A model generated the notes under the pieces. It saw nothing but the letters and a program-made list of their open reading frames with translations. It had not been told where the DNA came from and did no database searches. A stretch of 64,000 bases of DNA. It comes from Verrucomicrobiota bacterium (lineage in GTDB: Bacteria; Chlamydiota; Chlamydiia; Chlamydiales; SM23-39). The translations under genes and the position numbers were made by a program. Below, piece after piece: positions 19,377 to 28,949 of the stretch. The DNA lies in NCBI GenBank assembly GCA_028873375.1, contig JAGWKU010000001.1:11763-75762 (forward strand). Direction: 5' to 3'. How positions within the stretch are numbered: position 1 is the stretch's first letter; each line of letters opens with the position of its first letter.

Positions 19377-20335
19377 GCTTCAATCCTCTCTTTTAAATTC
19401 GAAGGGACCGAATCGAAGGCGTAGGGAAAGAGGGTCGGATTGGGAGAGGGATTTTTTTGAAAGAGTTGTGAAATCTCGTTGAGTTCGATGCATTCTCCCG
19501 CCTGCATCAAAAAAGCGCTTGGGTCGCGATTAGGATCTACTTTCTCACGACATAGAAAATACATCGGGCGCTGGCAACAGAGAAAATCATAGCCGATAGA
19601 AGACATATCGCCGATATAGATGTCGGTGCGGGCAAGAAGAGGATAGATAGGAGGAAAGTTTTCGAGAAATTCGACATTGGATGGAGCTTTCCCTTTGCAT
19701 TGTTCGATTCTCGGGCTGTGGAGTCGTTCGGTATTGGGATGGAGTTTGATCAAGAGAGTACGATCTTTAGGTACTTGTTGGATGAGTTGGGAATATGCTT
19801 CCCAAAAAGTGCCATTGTTTTCGCAATCTTCCCAAGTTGGCGCATAGAGAATGAAGCGCCTTTTTCCAAACCGCTGTTCAAGCAGCTTTTCATAGAAAGG
19901 GCGGTGTTTTTCGCTGTAAACTTTCCGGAAGTTGCCAACTGAAATCTGGGGGACTGAAATGTTTTTTGCGTAGAGGACATCGCGCATCTTTTGACCATAG
20001 ACGAGCAGAAATTGTTCGCAGCCAAGGGCTTCAAAGAAGGGGCTTTTCCAGCCTTTGTCGGAAAGGCCATGAGGGAGCCACATCATTTGAACAGGAGGAT
20101 GGTGAGGGCTGAGAGCCGCTTCGAGAAGGGGGCGACTGACGCAAGTGACAAGACAGGGAGGATGGAGATCTCCCATTTTTTTTTGAATGACTTGGAGATC
20201 GGGATAATAGGTTTGGCATGCGTCGGCGATCGAATCTTCCCAGACAATCAGAGGCCAATCCATGAGAGCGCAAAAGGGGCCGAGATGATCGAGATAGTGA
20301 AAGGATTCATCAAAAATCAAACCGGCGTATTTCAT
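19367..20335 (-). CDS. CDP-glycerol glycerophosphotransferase-like (TagB-like) protein, paralogue of neighbour
   Basis: FILYAPTWEDCENN, LIKLHPNTERL, DIYIGDMSSIGYDFLCCQRPMYFL. Confidence 0.7.
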   Translation of the reverse strand: MKYAGLIFDESFHYLDHLGPFCALMDWPLIVWEDSIADACQTYYPDLQVIQKKMGDLHPPCLVTCVSRPLLEAALSPHHPPVQMMWLPHGLSDKGWKSPFFEALGCEQFLLVYGQKMRDVLYAKNISVPQISVGNFRKVYSEKHRPFYEKLLEQRFGKRRFILYAPTWEDCENNGTFWEAYSQLIQQVPKDRTLLIKLHPNTERLHSPRIEQCKGKAPSNVEFLENFPPIYPLLARTDIYIGDMSSIGYDFLCCQRPMYFLCREKVDPNRDPSAFLMQAGECIELNEISQLFQKNPSPNPTLFPYAFDSVPSNLKERIEACF

Positions 20336-20382
20336 AAATGGTCATTTTGCAATAATAGCGAGTTCCTCGGGAGAAAAATCGT

Positions 20383-21429
20383 TTGGAAGCGTGGTTTCTA
20401 GAAAATCGTAGATCTTTTCCTTGGCGAGACAAGCCGACCCCTTATCGAATATGGGTCTCTGAAGTGATGTTGCAGCAGACGCGAGCTCAAGTTGTTGGCC
20501 CTTATTTTGAACGGTGGATGAAGTTATTTCCCGATATAGTGACTCTCGCCGCAGCGCCTCTTGAACAGGTCATCAAGGCATGGGAAGGACTTGGCTATTA
20601 CAGCAGAGCGAGAAATTTGCATGCAGGAGCGCAGCAAGTGATGCGCGAATACAACGGTGAGCTCCCCTGCTCAAAAGAAAAATTACTGTCGATTCGAGGG
20701 CTCGGGCCTTATACTGTTGGAGCAATTTTAAGTTTTGGCTTTCATCAGCGAGCAGCTGCGGTAGATGGAAATGTAGAGCGAGTTGTCACTCGATATTTCT
20801 GGATTGCTGAAGATGTCAAAAAAGTGGCGACAAAAAGAAAAATTGAACAGGCAGCAGAAGGGTTGTTGAATCGAGAACAGCCTTGGGTGACTGCAGAGGC
20901 ATTGATTGAATTGGGTGCAACCATATGTTTACCTAAGCCGCGGTGCGAGGCGTGCCCTTTGCGAATGAGCTGCCAAGCGCATGCGAAAGGACAAGTTGAT
21001 TCGCTTCCATTGAAACCAATACCGCCCAAGATTGAAAAGATTGTAAGAGGAGTTGCGATTGTCGAAGCCGAAGGGTGTGTTTTGCTCCGAAAAAATCCAG
21101 AAGGACAGCTAATGGGAGGTTTGAGCGAATTTCCTTACTTTGAGGGAAAGCAGACGTTACGAGCGGTTCAAAAAGAGCTTGAGGGATTGCTTGGAAAAAA
21201 ACTGGAACTCATGAGTCGGCTACCGCCTGTGGAACACTCGTTTACTCGGTTTAGCGCCCATTTATTTCCTTTCCATTTTCGATTGAAGAAAAAGGTTGAT
21301 CATCCCTCTTTCCCATGGGTTCCTATTGCAGAATTGGCACAGTATCCCTTTTCTTCAGGGCATCGAAAAATATTTCTCGAGCGTTGCAATTTTTGGCGCT
21401 CCTATGGTTTGCTCGAGAGCAAGTCATGA
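20383..21429 (+). CDS. mutY: A/G-specific adenine glycosylase
   Basis: FPWRDKPTPYRIWVSEVMLQQTRAQVV, LPGLGPYT-like RGLGPYTVGAI, AAVDGNVERVVTR, CLPKPRCEACPLRMSCQA. Confidence 0.93.
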   Translation: MEAWFLENRRSFPWRDKPTPYRIWVSEVMLQQTRAQVVGPYFERWMKLFPDIVTLAAAPLEQVIKAWEGLGYYSRARNLHAGAQQVMREYNGELPCSKEKLLSIRGLGPYTVGAILSFGFHQRAAAVDGNVERVVTRYFWIAEDVKKVATKRKIEQAAEGLLNREQPWVTAEALIELGATICLPKPRCEACPLRMSCQAHAKGQVDSLPLKPIPPKIEKIVRGVAIVEAEGCVLLRKNPEGQLMGGLSEFPYFEGKQTLRAVQKELEGLLGKKLELMSRLPPVEHSFTRFSAHLFPFHFRLKKKVDHPSFPWVPIAELAQYPFSSGHRKIFLERCNFWRSYGLLESKS

Positions 21430-23228
21430 GAATATTGCATTTAGAAGCATCTCCCGGGTGGGGAGGACAGGAAATTCGGATTCTGCGCGAAGCAGAAGGA
21501 ATGCGAGCGCGTGGTCACGAGGTCTTTTTTGCAGTCACGTCGAACGGCGCATTAGGACTTCACGCTAAATCGGCTGGATTTACATCGTATCTCCTTCTTT
21601 TTAAAAAGCTTGCATGGCCATTTACGCTGTTTCGATTGCTGTGGATTTTGTGGAAACATCAAATTGATCTCGTCAATACACACTCTTCCCTCGACGCCTG
21701 GATTGGGGGCATTGCAGCTCGCTTGGCAGGAAAAAAAATTCTTCGCACTCGCCATCTCTCTACCCCGGTAAAAAATGGCTGGAACAGTCGAGTTGTTTAT
21801 GGGACCTTGGCTGATTTTGTAGTGACCACGTGCTCGGGCGTGATTCCTTCACTGTCCCAGCAATCGGAAAAACCAATTTCTCTTTTTTGCTCTGTAGCGA
21901 CAGGAGTGGATCCTACGAAAATCCAGGTTAATCGGGAAGAAGTGAGAGAGTTCCGAAAGAAATGGGGCATAGAATCGACCGATTTTTTAGTAGGGACTGT
22001 TTGTTTCATGCGCTCGTGGAAAGGGATTGAAGACTTTCTTAAAGCTGCAAATGCTCTTCGCGAAGAAAAGGGATTGAAATGGGTCATCGTAGGCGGCGGC
22101 CATGCAGAAAAATATCGGGCGTTGGCAAAAGAGATGAATCTCAACTCTATTGTTTATTTTACGGGACATTTAGAGCAGCCTTTCCCAGCGATCGCCTCAT
22201 TAGATGCATTTGCCCTTTTGAGTACCGCGCATGAAGGAGTTTCACAGGCGATTTTGCAGGCGGCTTACTTCAAAAAGCCATTGATTGCGACGGCGACAGG
22301 CGGACTATGCGAAGTTTGTTTGGATGGAAAAACGGGAATTCAAGTTCCTTCTTTTTCTCCCACAGAAGTCGTGGCTGCCGTTCGTAAATTAAAAGAAGAT
22401 CGCTCCCTTTGTCATCGTCTAGGAGCACAGGCACATCAATTAGTTCTCGAGCAGTTTACGTTCCAACGGACGCTCGATGAAATGGAAACTATTTATAGGA
22501 GAATGAGCATGAAAAACGAATTGGACTGGAAAGAGAGAATTTTACAGTATTATTTTTTTCATAAAAATAAGGTGTATACCTACGCTGGAACAGCTCTCGG
22601 ATGTGCTGCCCTTATCATTGCCTATTTGACGACAGGCCCCAGTGGAGCTGAAGTCGTAAAAGCAAGAGTTGCTTTCGAAGAATGGAAAAAATCTCCAACG
22701 GATGAAAAGTTGGCTAAGAAGATGCATCAGTCGCTTCGAAAACTACCTGGATTGGAGCGGGCAGTCGAAGCAGAAATTGCCCAGACATTGCTAGCGGTAG
22801 GAAGCGTGGAAAAGGCGGAGCCAGCAATTCAAAAGTGTGTTGCTCGACTGAAAGAAATTTCTCCTCTTCATGCTTCTTTTGCAGAGACGAGTTTGCTCAT
22901 TGAGAAACGGCAATATCAAGAGGCATTAGAAAAAGCGGTAGCGCTCAAAGAAGTGATTGAAAAGACATTGGATAGCAAGGTGTGGAAAAGCGATCGTTTG
23001 CAAGGGGGCTCAGCGCTCTATGTATGTAATTTATTGCGGATTGCTTGTCTGCAAAAGCAGCTCAATAATGGTCCTGGCGAGCTCGCTGCTTTAGAAGAAG
23101 TGAAAGGACTATTAGAAGTAGATGGAGAATCTTCAGCAGCGGCTCAATTTCTACAAGCGAATTTTACGCAGAAGTCGTACTCGCTCGCCGATTATATTTC
23201 TCTGCGAGAACGAACGATTGTTCGTTAA
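21426..23228 (+). CDS. GT4-type glycosyltransferase fused in-frame to a TM + TPR-like/YfgM-like C-terminal domain
   Basis: MRILHLEASPGWGGQEIRILREAEGM..., LLSTAHEGVSQAILQAAYFKKPLIATATGG; after ~residue 360 comes MKNELDWKERILQYYFFHKNKVYTYAGTALGCAALIIAYLTTG... Confidence 0.75.
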   Translation: MRILHLEASPGWGGQEIRILREAEGMRARGHEVFFAVTSNGALGLHAKSAGFTSYLLLFKKLAWPFTLFRLLWILWKHQIDLVNTHSSLDAWIGGIAARLAGKKILRTRHLSTPVKNGWNSRVVYGTLADFVVTTCSGVIPSLSQQSEKPISLFCSVATGVDPTKIQVNREEVREFRKKWGIESTDFLVGTVCFMRSWKGIEDFLKAANALREEKGLKWVIVGGGHAEKYRALAKEMNLNSIVYFTGHLEQPFPAIASLDAFALLSTAHEGVSQAILQAAYFKKPLIATATGGLCEVCLDGKTGIQVPSFSPTEVVAAVRKLKEDRSLCHRLGAQAHQLVLEQFTFQRTLDEMETIYRRMSMKNELDWKERILQYYFFHKNKVYTYAGTALGCAALIIAYLTTGPSGAEVVKARVAFEEWKKSPTDEKLAKKMHQSLRKLPGLERAVEAEIAQTLLAVGSVEKAEPAIQKCVARLKEISPLHASFAETSLLIEKRQYQEALEKAVALKEVIEKTLDSKVWKSDRLQGGSALYVCNLLRIACLQKQLNNGPGELAALEEVKGLLEVDGESSAAAQFLQANFTQKSYSLADYISLRERTIVR

Positions 23229-23674
23229 TCGTGTTCGTCGCCGGAGGATGCGCGGGGCATTTTATGCACTTTGTTTTCCGCAACGATTTGGGCATGGCGG
23301 GTATAGTAGTGATAAGACGTCCCTGCAAGCAAGCCCATCAATCCGAATAGAAGGAAAGGAATGAAAATGGCTACAACCATTTCAATAGCGCCTAAGACGA
23401 GCTGTGTAGTTTTTTCTTGTTTGTGGCGAAAGCCGTAAAGATGTTTGAGACCTTTCTCGACGGGAGACGGGAAGAAAACGCCCAAGAGCGCTCCGACAGC
23501 GAGAAAGATGATGGTCAATGCAGGTCCAGTAAAGAAATTGAAAATACTTGAAACGGCTCCGATGATGACCGCTAGAACAGTAAATACTTCAGTGGTGTGT
23601 TTACGCGCGAAATGTTCGATCTGCTCAACCGAAACGCCTTCTTTCAACTTTTCGGTGAAGTTGTTCTTATCCAT
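23225..23674 (-). CDS. Conserved hypothetical membrane protein with paired hydrophobic segments
   Basis: VFTVLAVIIGAVSSIFNFFTGPALTIIFLAVGALLGVFF and LVLGAIEMVVAIFIPFLLFGLMGLLAG; bilobed hydrophobic pattern. Confidence 0.6.
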   Translation of the reverse strand: MDKNNFTEKLKEGVSVEQIEHFARKHTTEVFTVLAVIIGAVSSIFNFFTGPALTIIFLAVGALLGVFFPSPVEKGLKHLYGFRHKQEKTTQLVLGAIEMVVAIFIPFLLFGLMGLLAGTSYHYYTRHAQIVAENKVHKMPRASSGDEHD

Positions 23675-23851
23675 GACCCGAGCTCCCCTCTATTTAAACT
23701 TCCATTAATTATCATTTAATTCTCTAATTTAATTATTCGCAATCTTTTTCCCGTGACCTCAGGGGGCGGAGGCTTATTCTAAAATTTTTATTCAGAAAAA
23801 CTTAAGTTTCTTGCTTTCACTTTATTTTCCCAATCTCCTAAACTAACCTGT

Positions 23852-25063
23852 TTGTTTAATATGATCATGCACTTACGAGACTGTCTTTTTTTGGGCCTTG
23901 AACGGATCTCATGGCTGGGAAGTTTGGTGCTAATCCTCAGCAACTTACCGGCCATTGGTCTATATGTTCAGCTATTGTCTGTCGACCACCCATGGATTGG
24001 GGGATATGAGCATGTAAAGCCAATACCCCCTTCTGTTGATATTCGTCTTCAGCTTGCTGAAGCTCCTGTTGTTGTAGGCGATGCACGCGAGCAGATTTCT
24101 TTTTCTCTCGATCCTCCTCGTCCAGCCTCTTCTTTAAAAGGTTCAGGCCTTCTCGTCCGGTTAAACGAAAGTAAGCAGTCAAAGCGGGTGGAAGTGCCTG
24201 TCCGGCTACCGATCGAGTTCAATAAGACGGGGGTGCTCCAATTTTCTTCGGGAGATGGCCGGTTTTGGCTCGATTTGCGAGTCGGTGATGCAAGGTGTGC
24301 TGAAGCAGCATTGGTCTATGAGACTTTAACCGGGGATACAACCGAGCAACAAATTTGGCCAGTTGTTGCTCAGGAGACGCCCATTCAATCAGCCGAAGAA
24401 TTTCCTGAATCTAGCCCTTTTCGAGAGCTGGGAGAAGCCCGCTGGTGGGGAACCGACCTGTTTTTAGAAGAATATAAAGGCGGAGAGGCGATCCATCGGT
24501 TGGAAATGGGGTCAGGAGGAACATTTCTCGATGTTTCTATGAATGCTTGGCTCGTATTCAAAGACCACCAATGGCAATCCATTGCTCAGATAGAAGAAGC
24601 TCAAGGCCTGCCGATTGCTCGCATCAAAAAGGCAACCTCTCATGGATTAGAGCTAGAAGGATGGGAGGCATCTTCGCACGTCTGTTTGCGCCTTCCGCCG
24701 ACCTTATCAACGCCATTGAAAATGCGGAGCGAGGATTTCTTTGCGCAGTTACGGGTCCGTTCCGAGAAGCAGATTAGCTGCATGATGGATAAACAATGTT
24801 TGATTTTAAAAGTCGGAGACTGGGTTTTGAAGACAGACCAACGATGGCGGATTTTACGAAAAGAAGAAGAAAAAAATGCTTATGTAAAAGGCGAGTTAAC
24901 AGGCGATTTGTTTGTCTTCGATTGCATTGAAACTAAAGGCGCTGTCAAAAATGTTTGCGGACACTATTTTCCCGCCGTGCGCACCCAAAAGGCTACAATG
25001 GAATGTCCTGTGCAACGGCGCCAAGGGCCTGGCGTTCATAAAGGGCGAGGGAAGAACCGATGA
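23852..25063 (+). CDS. Hypothetical protein, first gene of gsp operon
   Basis: N-terminal hydrophobic segment (SWLGSLVLILSNLPAIGLYVQLL); stop overlaps gspD start by 4 bp. Confidence 0.65.
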   Translation: MFNMIMHLRDCLFLGLERISWLGSLVLILSNLPAIGLYVQLLSVDHPWIGGYEHVKPIPPSVDIRLQLAEAPVVVGDAREQISFSLDPPRPASSLKGSGLLVRLNESKQSKRVEVPVRLPIEFNKTGVLQFSSGDGRFWLDLRVGDARCAEAALVYETLTGDTTEQQIWPVVAQETPIQSAEEFPESSPFRELGEARWWGTDLFLEEYKGGEAIHRLEMGSGGTFLDVSMNAWLVFKDHQWQSIAQIEEAQGLPIARIKKATSHGLELEGWEASSHVCLRLPPTLSTPLKMRSEDFFAQLRVRSEKQISCMMDKQCLILKVGDWVLKTDQRWRILRKEEEKNAYVKGELTGDLFVFDCIETKGAVKNVCGHYFPAVRTQKATMECPVQRRQGPGVHKGRGKNR

Positions 25064-27399
25064 AGCCTAAAAAATGGTGGATTTTCTTTTTAGCCTTCCC
25101 TTTGTGGGGAGAAGCTGAAGGAGAGACTGCTGAAAGTCCTTCCGAAGCAGGTTCGTCCTTTTTAAAAGCCGACGCAGAAGGGGCGATTCGCTTCAATTTC
25201 TCGCTGCGTCAATGGAAAGACTTACTCAAAGAAAAATTTCTCGCTGCTGAGCAGTTGATGAATAGCGGAGCTCCTGAGGGAGAGTTTGCGCCGCTTCTTG
25301 CTGAAGTGCGAAACATTCGAACAAAGATCAGCCAGTTAGAAGAACAATGGCGCCGCACAGCAGCCAATGAAGTGGCTGGAGGAGAGGAGCCCTACGCTCT
25401 CTGGGATATGGGAGAGACGACGGTTGCTCAGCTTGTCATGGAATATGGAGCTGCTGACAGCTTATACATCATTCCGCCCGAACTGAGTTCGATGAAGATC
25501 AGCTTGTTCACTAACCTTCCTTTGCCGCGGGAGACGTGGAGCGACCTGATTGAAGCAATTTTGATCCATAACGGGGTAGGTGTTAAGAAGATAAATGCAA
25601 ATGTAAAGCAGCTTTACATTTTAAAACTCGATCCTTCAGCGATCGAGGCGGTCGTTGATCGAGAAGAAAAATTAAGCCTCTTTGTGAATCATGCCCGCCT
25701 CTTTTTCGTCTTGACTCCTCCTCCAGAACAAATCAAAGCGGTCCAAGCCTTTTTTGAGCGTTTTTCGGATCCTAAGCAAACCACAGTTCAGGCGATGGGA
25801 TCAAAAGTTATTTTGGTTTCATCTAAAGAGACAATCGAAAAATTATTGGGCCTTTACCACACGGTCTGGGAAAGCAATACGGGAAAAGTAGTTCGGCTTA
25901 TCTCGCTGGTGAAGATGCAGGCAACTGAAGCTGAAAAGGTGTTGAAAGCAGTCTTTTCAGATAGTTCGACCAAAGCGCGACCTTCTTTTTATCCTTCAGG
26001 CGCAGATGAATTGATTGTATTGACGCTGCCGCAAGGACTTGTGCTGATTGGAGAGAAAGAAACGGTCGATCGAGGGCAACACATTTTAGAAGACTTGGAA
26101 AGTCAGCTCGAAGACCCGGGCGAGAAAGTCATCTATTGGTATACCTGTAAACATTCGAATCCCGAAGACATTGCGGCAGTTTTAGAAAAAATTTACGACT
26201 CCTTGATTGGATCCAATTTTGACAAGAAAGCAGAGCCTCCACCCCCACCTCCCCCTGTTCCTCCGGTGCCCCCGCAAGAACCGAACGGAGCGCAAATTTT
26301 TCCGCCACCGAGCAATGCCTATAATCCCATTCTTCCTGCCCAGGCTCCTTTCATGCAGCCGGGAGTTATTGAGAAGAAAGCGAATACCAATTTTGGAAAT
26401 TTCGTGGTCGATAACAAGACGACCTCGATCTTGATGGTTGTAAAGCGAGAAGAGCTGCCAAAAATCAAAAGTTTGATCAAGCGGCTCGACGTGCCCAAAA
26501 GAATGGTACAGCTCGATGTTCTCCTCGTGGAGAAAAAATTGCATGACCGTCGCCAGGTGGGCTTTAATTTGCTGCAAATCGGGACGAATTCAAGCGGAGT
26601 CAAAGAGTCAGCCATGACTTTTGACAACAACGCGAGTGCTTTTCATCGCGGCATTCTCAGTTTTATTTATAGCAAGCCGAACAGCAGCGGATCCCCCGCG
26701 ATGGATCTCGTCTATAACTTCCTGCTTGCTCAAGAAGATATTCGGATCAATGCAAATCCTTCTGTGTTGGCGATTAATCAAACACCGGCCACCGTTTCAA
26801 TTGTAGAGGAAATTTCGATCAATAACGGCGCGATCCAATTGAACACTCAGGCAGGTGTAACTGTTGAGCAGTCGTATACTCGTGCTCAGTACGGTATTAC
26901 CATTCTCCTAACACCGACGATTCACTTGGCCGATAGTGAAAACACCGATGAGCTCGCACGACCTGGCTTTGTCTCTCTCCAAACCAATTTGGAATTTGAC
27001 ACAACTCAGATGACGGCGAACGATCGACCTCCTGTGACGCGTCGCCATGTTGAGAACGAAGTGTGTATTCCAGATGGAGAGACGGTGATCCTGGGTGGAT
27101 TGCGTCGAAAAATTGAAGAAGATACCCGCGATAAAATCCCATTCCTCGGAGATTTGCCAGGAATTGGCAAACTCTTTGGCCTCACCAAATCGGTCGATAC
27201 CAATACGGAGATGTTTATTTTTATCACTCCTCACATCATTCACGATCCAGTCGACGATCTGCGACAGATTCGACAAACAGAGTATCAATTGCGAGCAGGA
27301 GACGTGCCAGAATTTTTAGCCTGCATCGATGAAGCCAAAGCTAAAGAGCGAAGGAAGCTGTTTGGGAATAGTATGAAAATGTTGTTTGATATGTATTGA
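25060..27399 (+). CDS. gspD: Type II secretion system secretin GspD
   Basis: VQLDVLLVEKKLHDRRQVGFNLL; INANPSVLAINQTPATVSIVEE; RRHVENEVCIPDGETVILGGLRRK...PFLGDLPGIGKLFG...TEMFIFITPHII. Confidence 0.92.
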   Translation: MKPKKWWIFFLAFPLWGEAEGETAESPSEAGSSFLKADAEGAIRFNFSLRQWKDLLKEKFLAAEQLMNSGAPEGEFAPLLAEVRNIRTKISQLEEQWRRTAANEVAGGEEPYALWDMGETTVAQLVMEYGAADSLYIIPPELSSMKISLFTNLPLPRETWSDLIEAILIHNGVGVKKINANVKQLYILKLDPSAIEAVVDREEKLSLFVNHARLFFVLTPPPEQIKAVQAFFERFSDPKQTTVQAMGSKVILVSSKETIEKLLGLYHTVWESNTGKVVRLISLVKMQATEAEKVLKAVFSDSSTKARPSFYPSGADELIVLTLPQGLVLIGEKETVDRGQHILEDLESQLEDPGEKVIYWYTCKHSNPEDIAAVLEKIYDSLIGSNFDKKAEPPPPPPPVPPVPPQEPNGAQIFPPPSNAYNPILPAQAPFMQPGVIEKKANTNFGNFVVDNKTTSILMVVKREELPKIKSLIKRLDVPKRMVQLDVLLVEKKLHDRRQVGFNLLQIGTNSSGVKESAMTFDNNASAFHRGILSFIYSKPNSSGSPAMDLVYNFLLAQEDIRINANPSVLAINQTPATVSIVEEISINNGAIQLNTQAGVTVEQSYTRAQYGITILLTPTIHLADSENTDELARPGFVSLQTNLEFDTTQMTANDRPPVTRRHVENEVCIPDGETVILGGLRRKIEEDTRDKIPFLGDLPGIGKLFGLTKSVDTNTEMFIFITPHIIHDPVDDLRQIRQTEYQLRAGDVPEFLACIDEAKAKERRKLFGNSMKMLFDMY
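25599..25621. repeat. Palindrome AAATGTAAAGC-A-GCTTTACATTT (inside gspD)
   Basis: Perfect 11+1+11 palindrome, coding NVKQLYI in a different frame from the recC copy. Confidence 0.95.
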
Positions 27400-27400
27400 G

Positions 27401-28948
27401 ATGACGGAAGAGACCCTTGCGAAGCGATTTGACCTCCCTGTCTTAGAAGATGTGATGCTCTGCAAGCTCGTGCGCGATCGAATTCCTCTCGTCCCTTATT
27501 CTTTTGCAAAACAAAAAAAAATTCTCCCTGTTGAGGAGAACGAGCGCGAATGTATCATCGCCCTCTCTGATCCGACTGACTTAGAAGCGATTGAAGAACT
27601 CCGTCTTCTCTTAAAACGTCCTCTAAAAATGGCCTATGCTTCTCGATCAGCCATCGAACTTGCCATCGAGCATTGCTATCGGCAAAAAGAGGGAGAAGCG
27701 AGCAAGCTTATCACTGGAGTAGATGCCAAGGAAACAGCTTCTGAGTCTCCCGACGACTATGACCTGTTGGAGAGCAAGGAAGAAAATCCAATCATTCGGA
27801 TGGTCAATGCGATCCTGCTTGAGGCAGTTCAACAAGGCGCTTCTGATATTCACTTTGAGCCGACTGAAGAGGGATTGGCTATTCGTTACCGCATTGATGG
27901 TGTGCTTCATCGGCGCCATCAGCCTCCTCGTGGAATTGAGTTGCAATTGTTGACCCGCATCAAGGTCATGGCCAAATTGGACATTGCCGAGCATCGATTG
28001 CCGCAAGATGGACGGATTAAATTGAAGCATGGAGGAAGAGAAACGGATCTGCGCGTCAGTACACTTCCTACTGTGCATGGAGAGCGAATCGTTCTTCGCA
28101 TTCTCGATAAAGGGAATATCTTTTTGGGGCTCGATCAAATTGGAATGGACGAACCTCTTTTAAAAGAGATGCGAAAATTAATTCGCATGCCCGAAGGAAT
28201 TGTTCTTGTTACTGGTCCCACAGGAAGTGGAAAAACGACAACGCTGTACAGCGCCATTGCCGAAATCAATGAGCCTGATACCAACATCATGACGATCGAA
28301 GATCCGGTAGAATATAAGCTCAATGGGATTTCGCAGATGAACGTCAATCCGCGGATCGAACTCGATTTTGCAAAGGGGCTGCGTCATATTCTGCGTCAAG
28401 ATCCCGATATCATCATGATTGGAGAAATTCGGGATCGAGAGACGGCGGAGATTGCAATCCAGGCTTCGTTGACCGGACATTTAGTTCTCAGCACGTTACA
28501 CACGAATGATGCTCCTTCTGCATTGACTCGTCTAGCCGATATGGGCATTGAGCCTTATCTTCTTGCCTCCTCGATTCTCGGTGTATTAGCCCAGCGTTTG
28601 GTTCGACGCATTTGTTCTGATTGCCAAGAGGCCTATGCGCCTACTGCAGAAGAAATGGCCGAATTGAAACTAAAGTTTAGTCGTACCCAATTTCACCGGG
28701 GGAAGGGGTGTGAAAAATGCTTCCTTTCAGGATATCGAGGCAGGCTTGGAGTATATGAACTCATGCCTGTCACTTCTCGCATCAAGACCCAAGTTTTGAA
28801 GAGTCAAGATTCGGAAGAGCTGCGAAAAGCAGCGCTCTCTCAAGACATGATCACTCTTTTTTCGAAAGGAGTGGAATTGGTTCGAGCTGGTCTCACGACG
28901 AGTGCAGAGGTGCTCCGAGTCACTCGAATGGTAGAAGAGGGAGTCTAA
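27401..28948 (+). CDS. gspE: Type II secretion ATPase GspE
   Basis: QGASDIHFEPTEEGLAIRYRIDGVLH, LVTGPTGSGKTTTLYSAI, MIGEIRDRETAEIAIQASLTGHLVLSTLHTNDAPSALTRL, C4 zinc motif. Confidence 0.95.
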   Translation: MTEETLAKRFDLPVLEDVMLCKLVRDRIPLVPYSFAKQKKILPVEENERECIIALSDPTDLEAIEELRLLLKRPLKMAYASRSAIELAIEHCYRQKEGEASKLITGVDAKETASESPDDYDLLESKEENPIIRMVNAILLEAVQQGASDIHFEPTEEGLAIRYRIDGVLHRRHQPPRGIELQLLTRIKVMAKLDIAEHRLPQDGRIKLKHGGRETDLRVSTLPTVHGERIVLRILDKGNIFLGLDQIGMDEPLLKEMRKLIRMPEGIVLVTGPTGSGKTTTLYSAIAEINEPDTNIMTIEDPVEYKLNGISQMNVNPRIELDFAKGLRHILRQDPDIIMIGEIRDRETAEIAIQASLTGHLVLSTLHTNDAPSALTRLADMGIEPYLLASSILGVLAQRLVRRICSDCQEAYAPTAEEMAELKLKFSRTQFHRGKGCEKCFLSGYRGRLGVYELMPVTSRIKTQVLKSQDSEELRKAALSQDMITLFSKGVELVRAGLTTSAEVLRVTRMVEEGV

Positions 28949-28949
28949 A

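Noticed and set aside
26230-26290. Repeat-rich CCACCCCCACCTCCCCCTGTTCC tract in gspD
   Set aside because: It encodes a proline-rich linker (EPPPPPPPVPPVPPQEP) in the secretin, ordinary low complexity rather than a separate repeat element.
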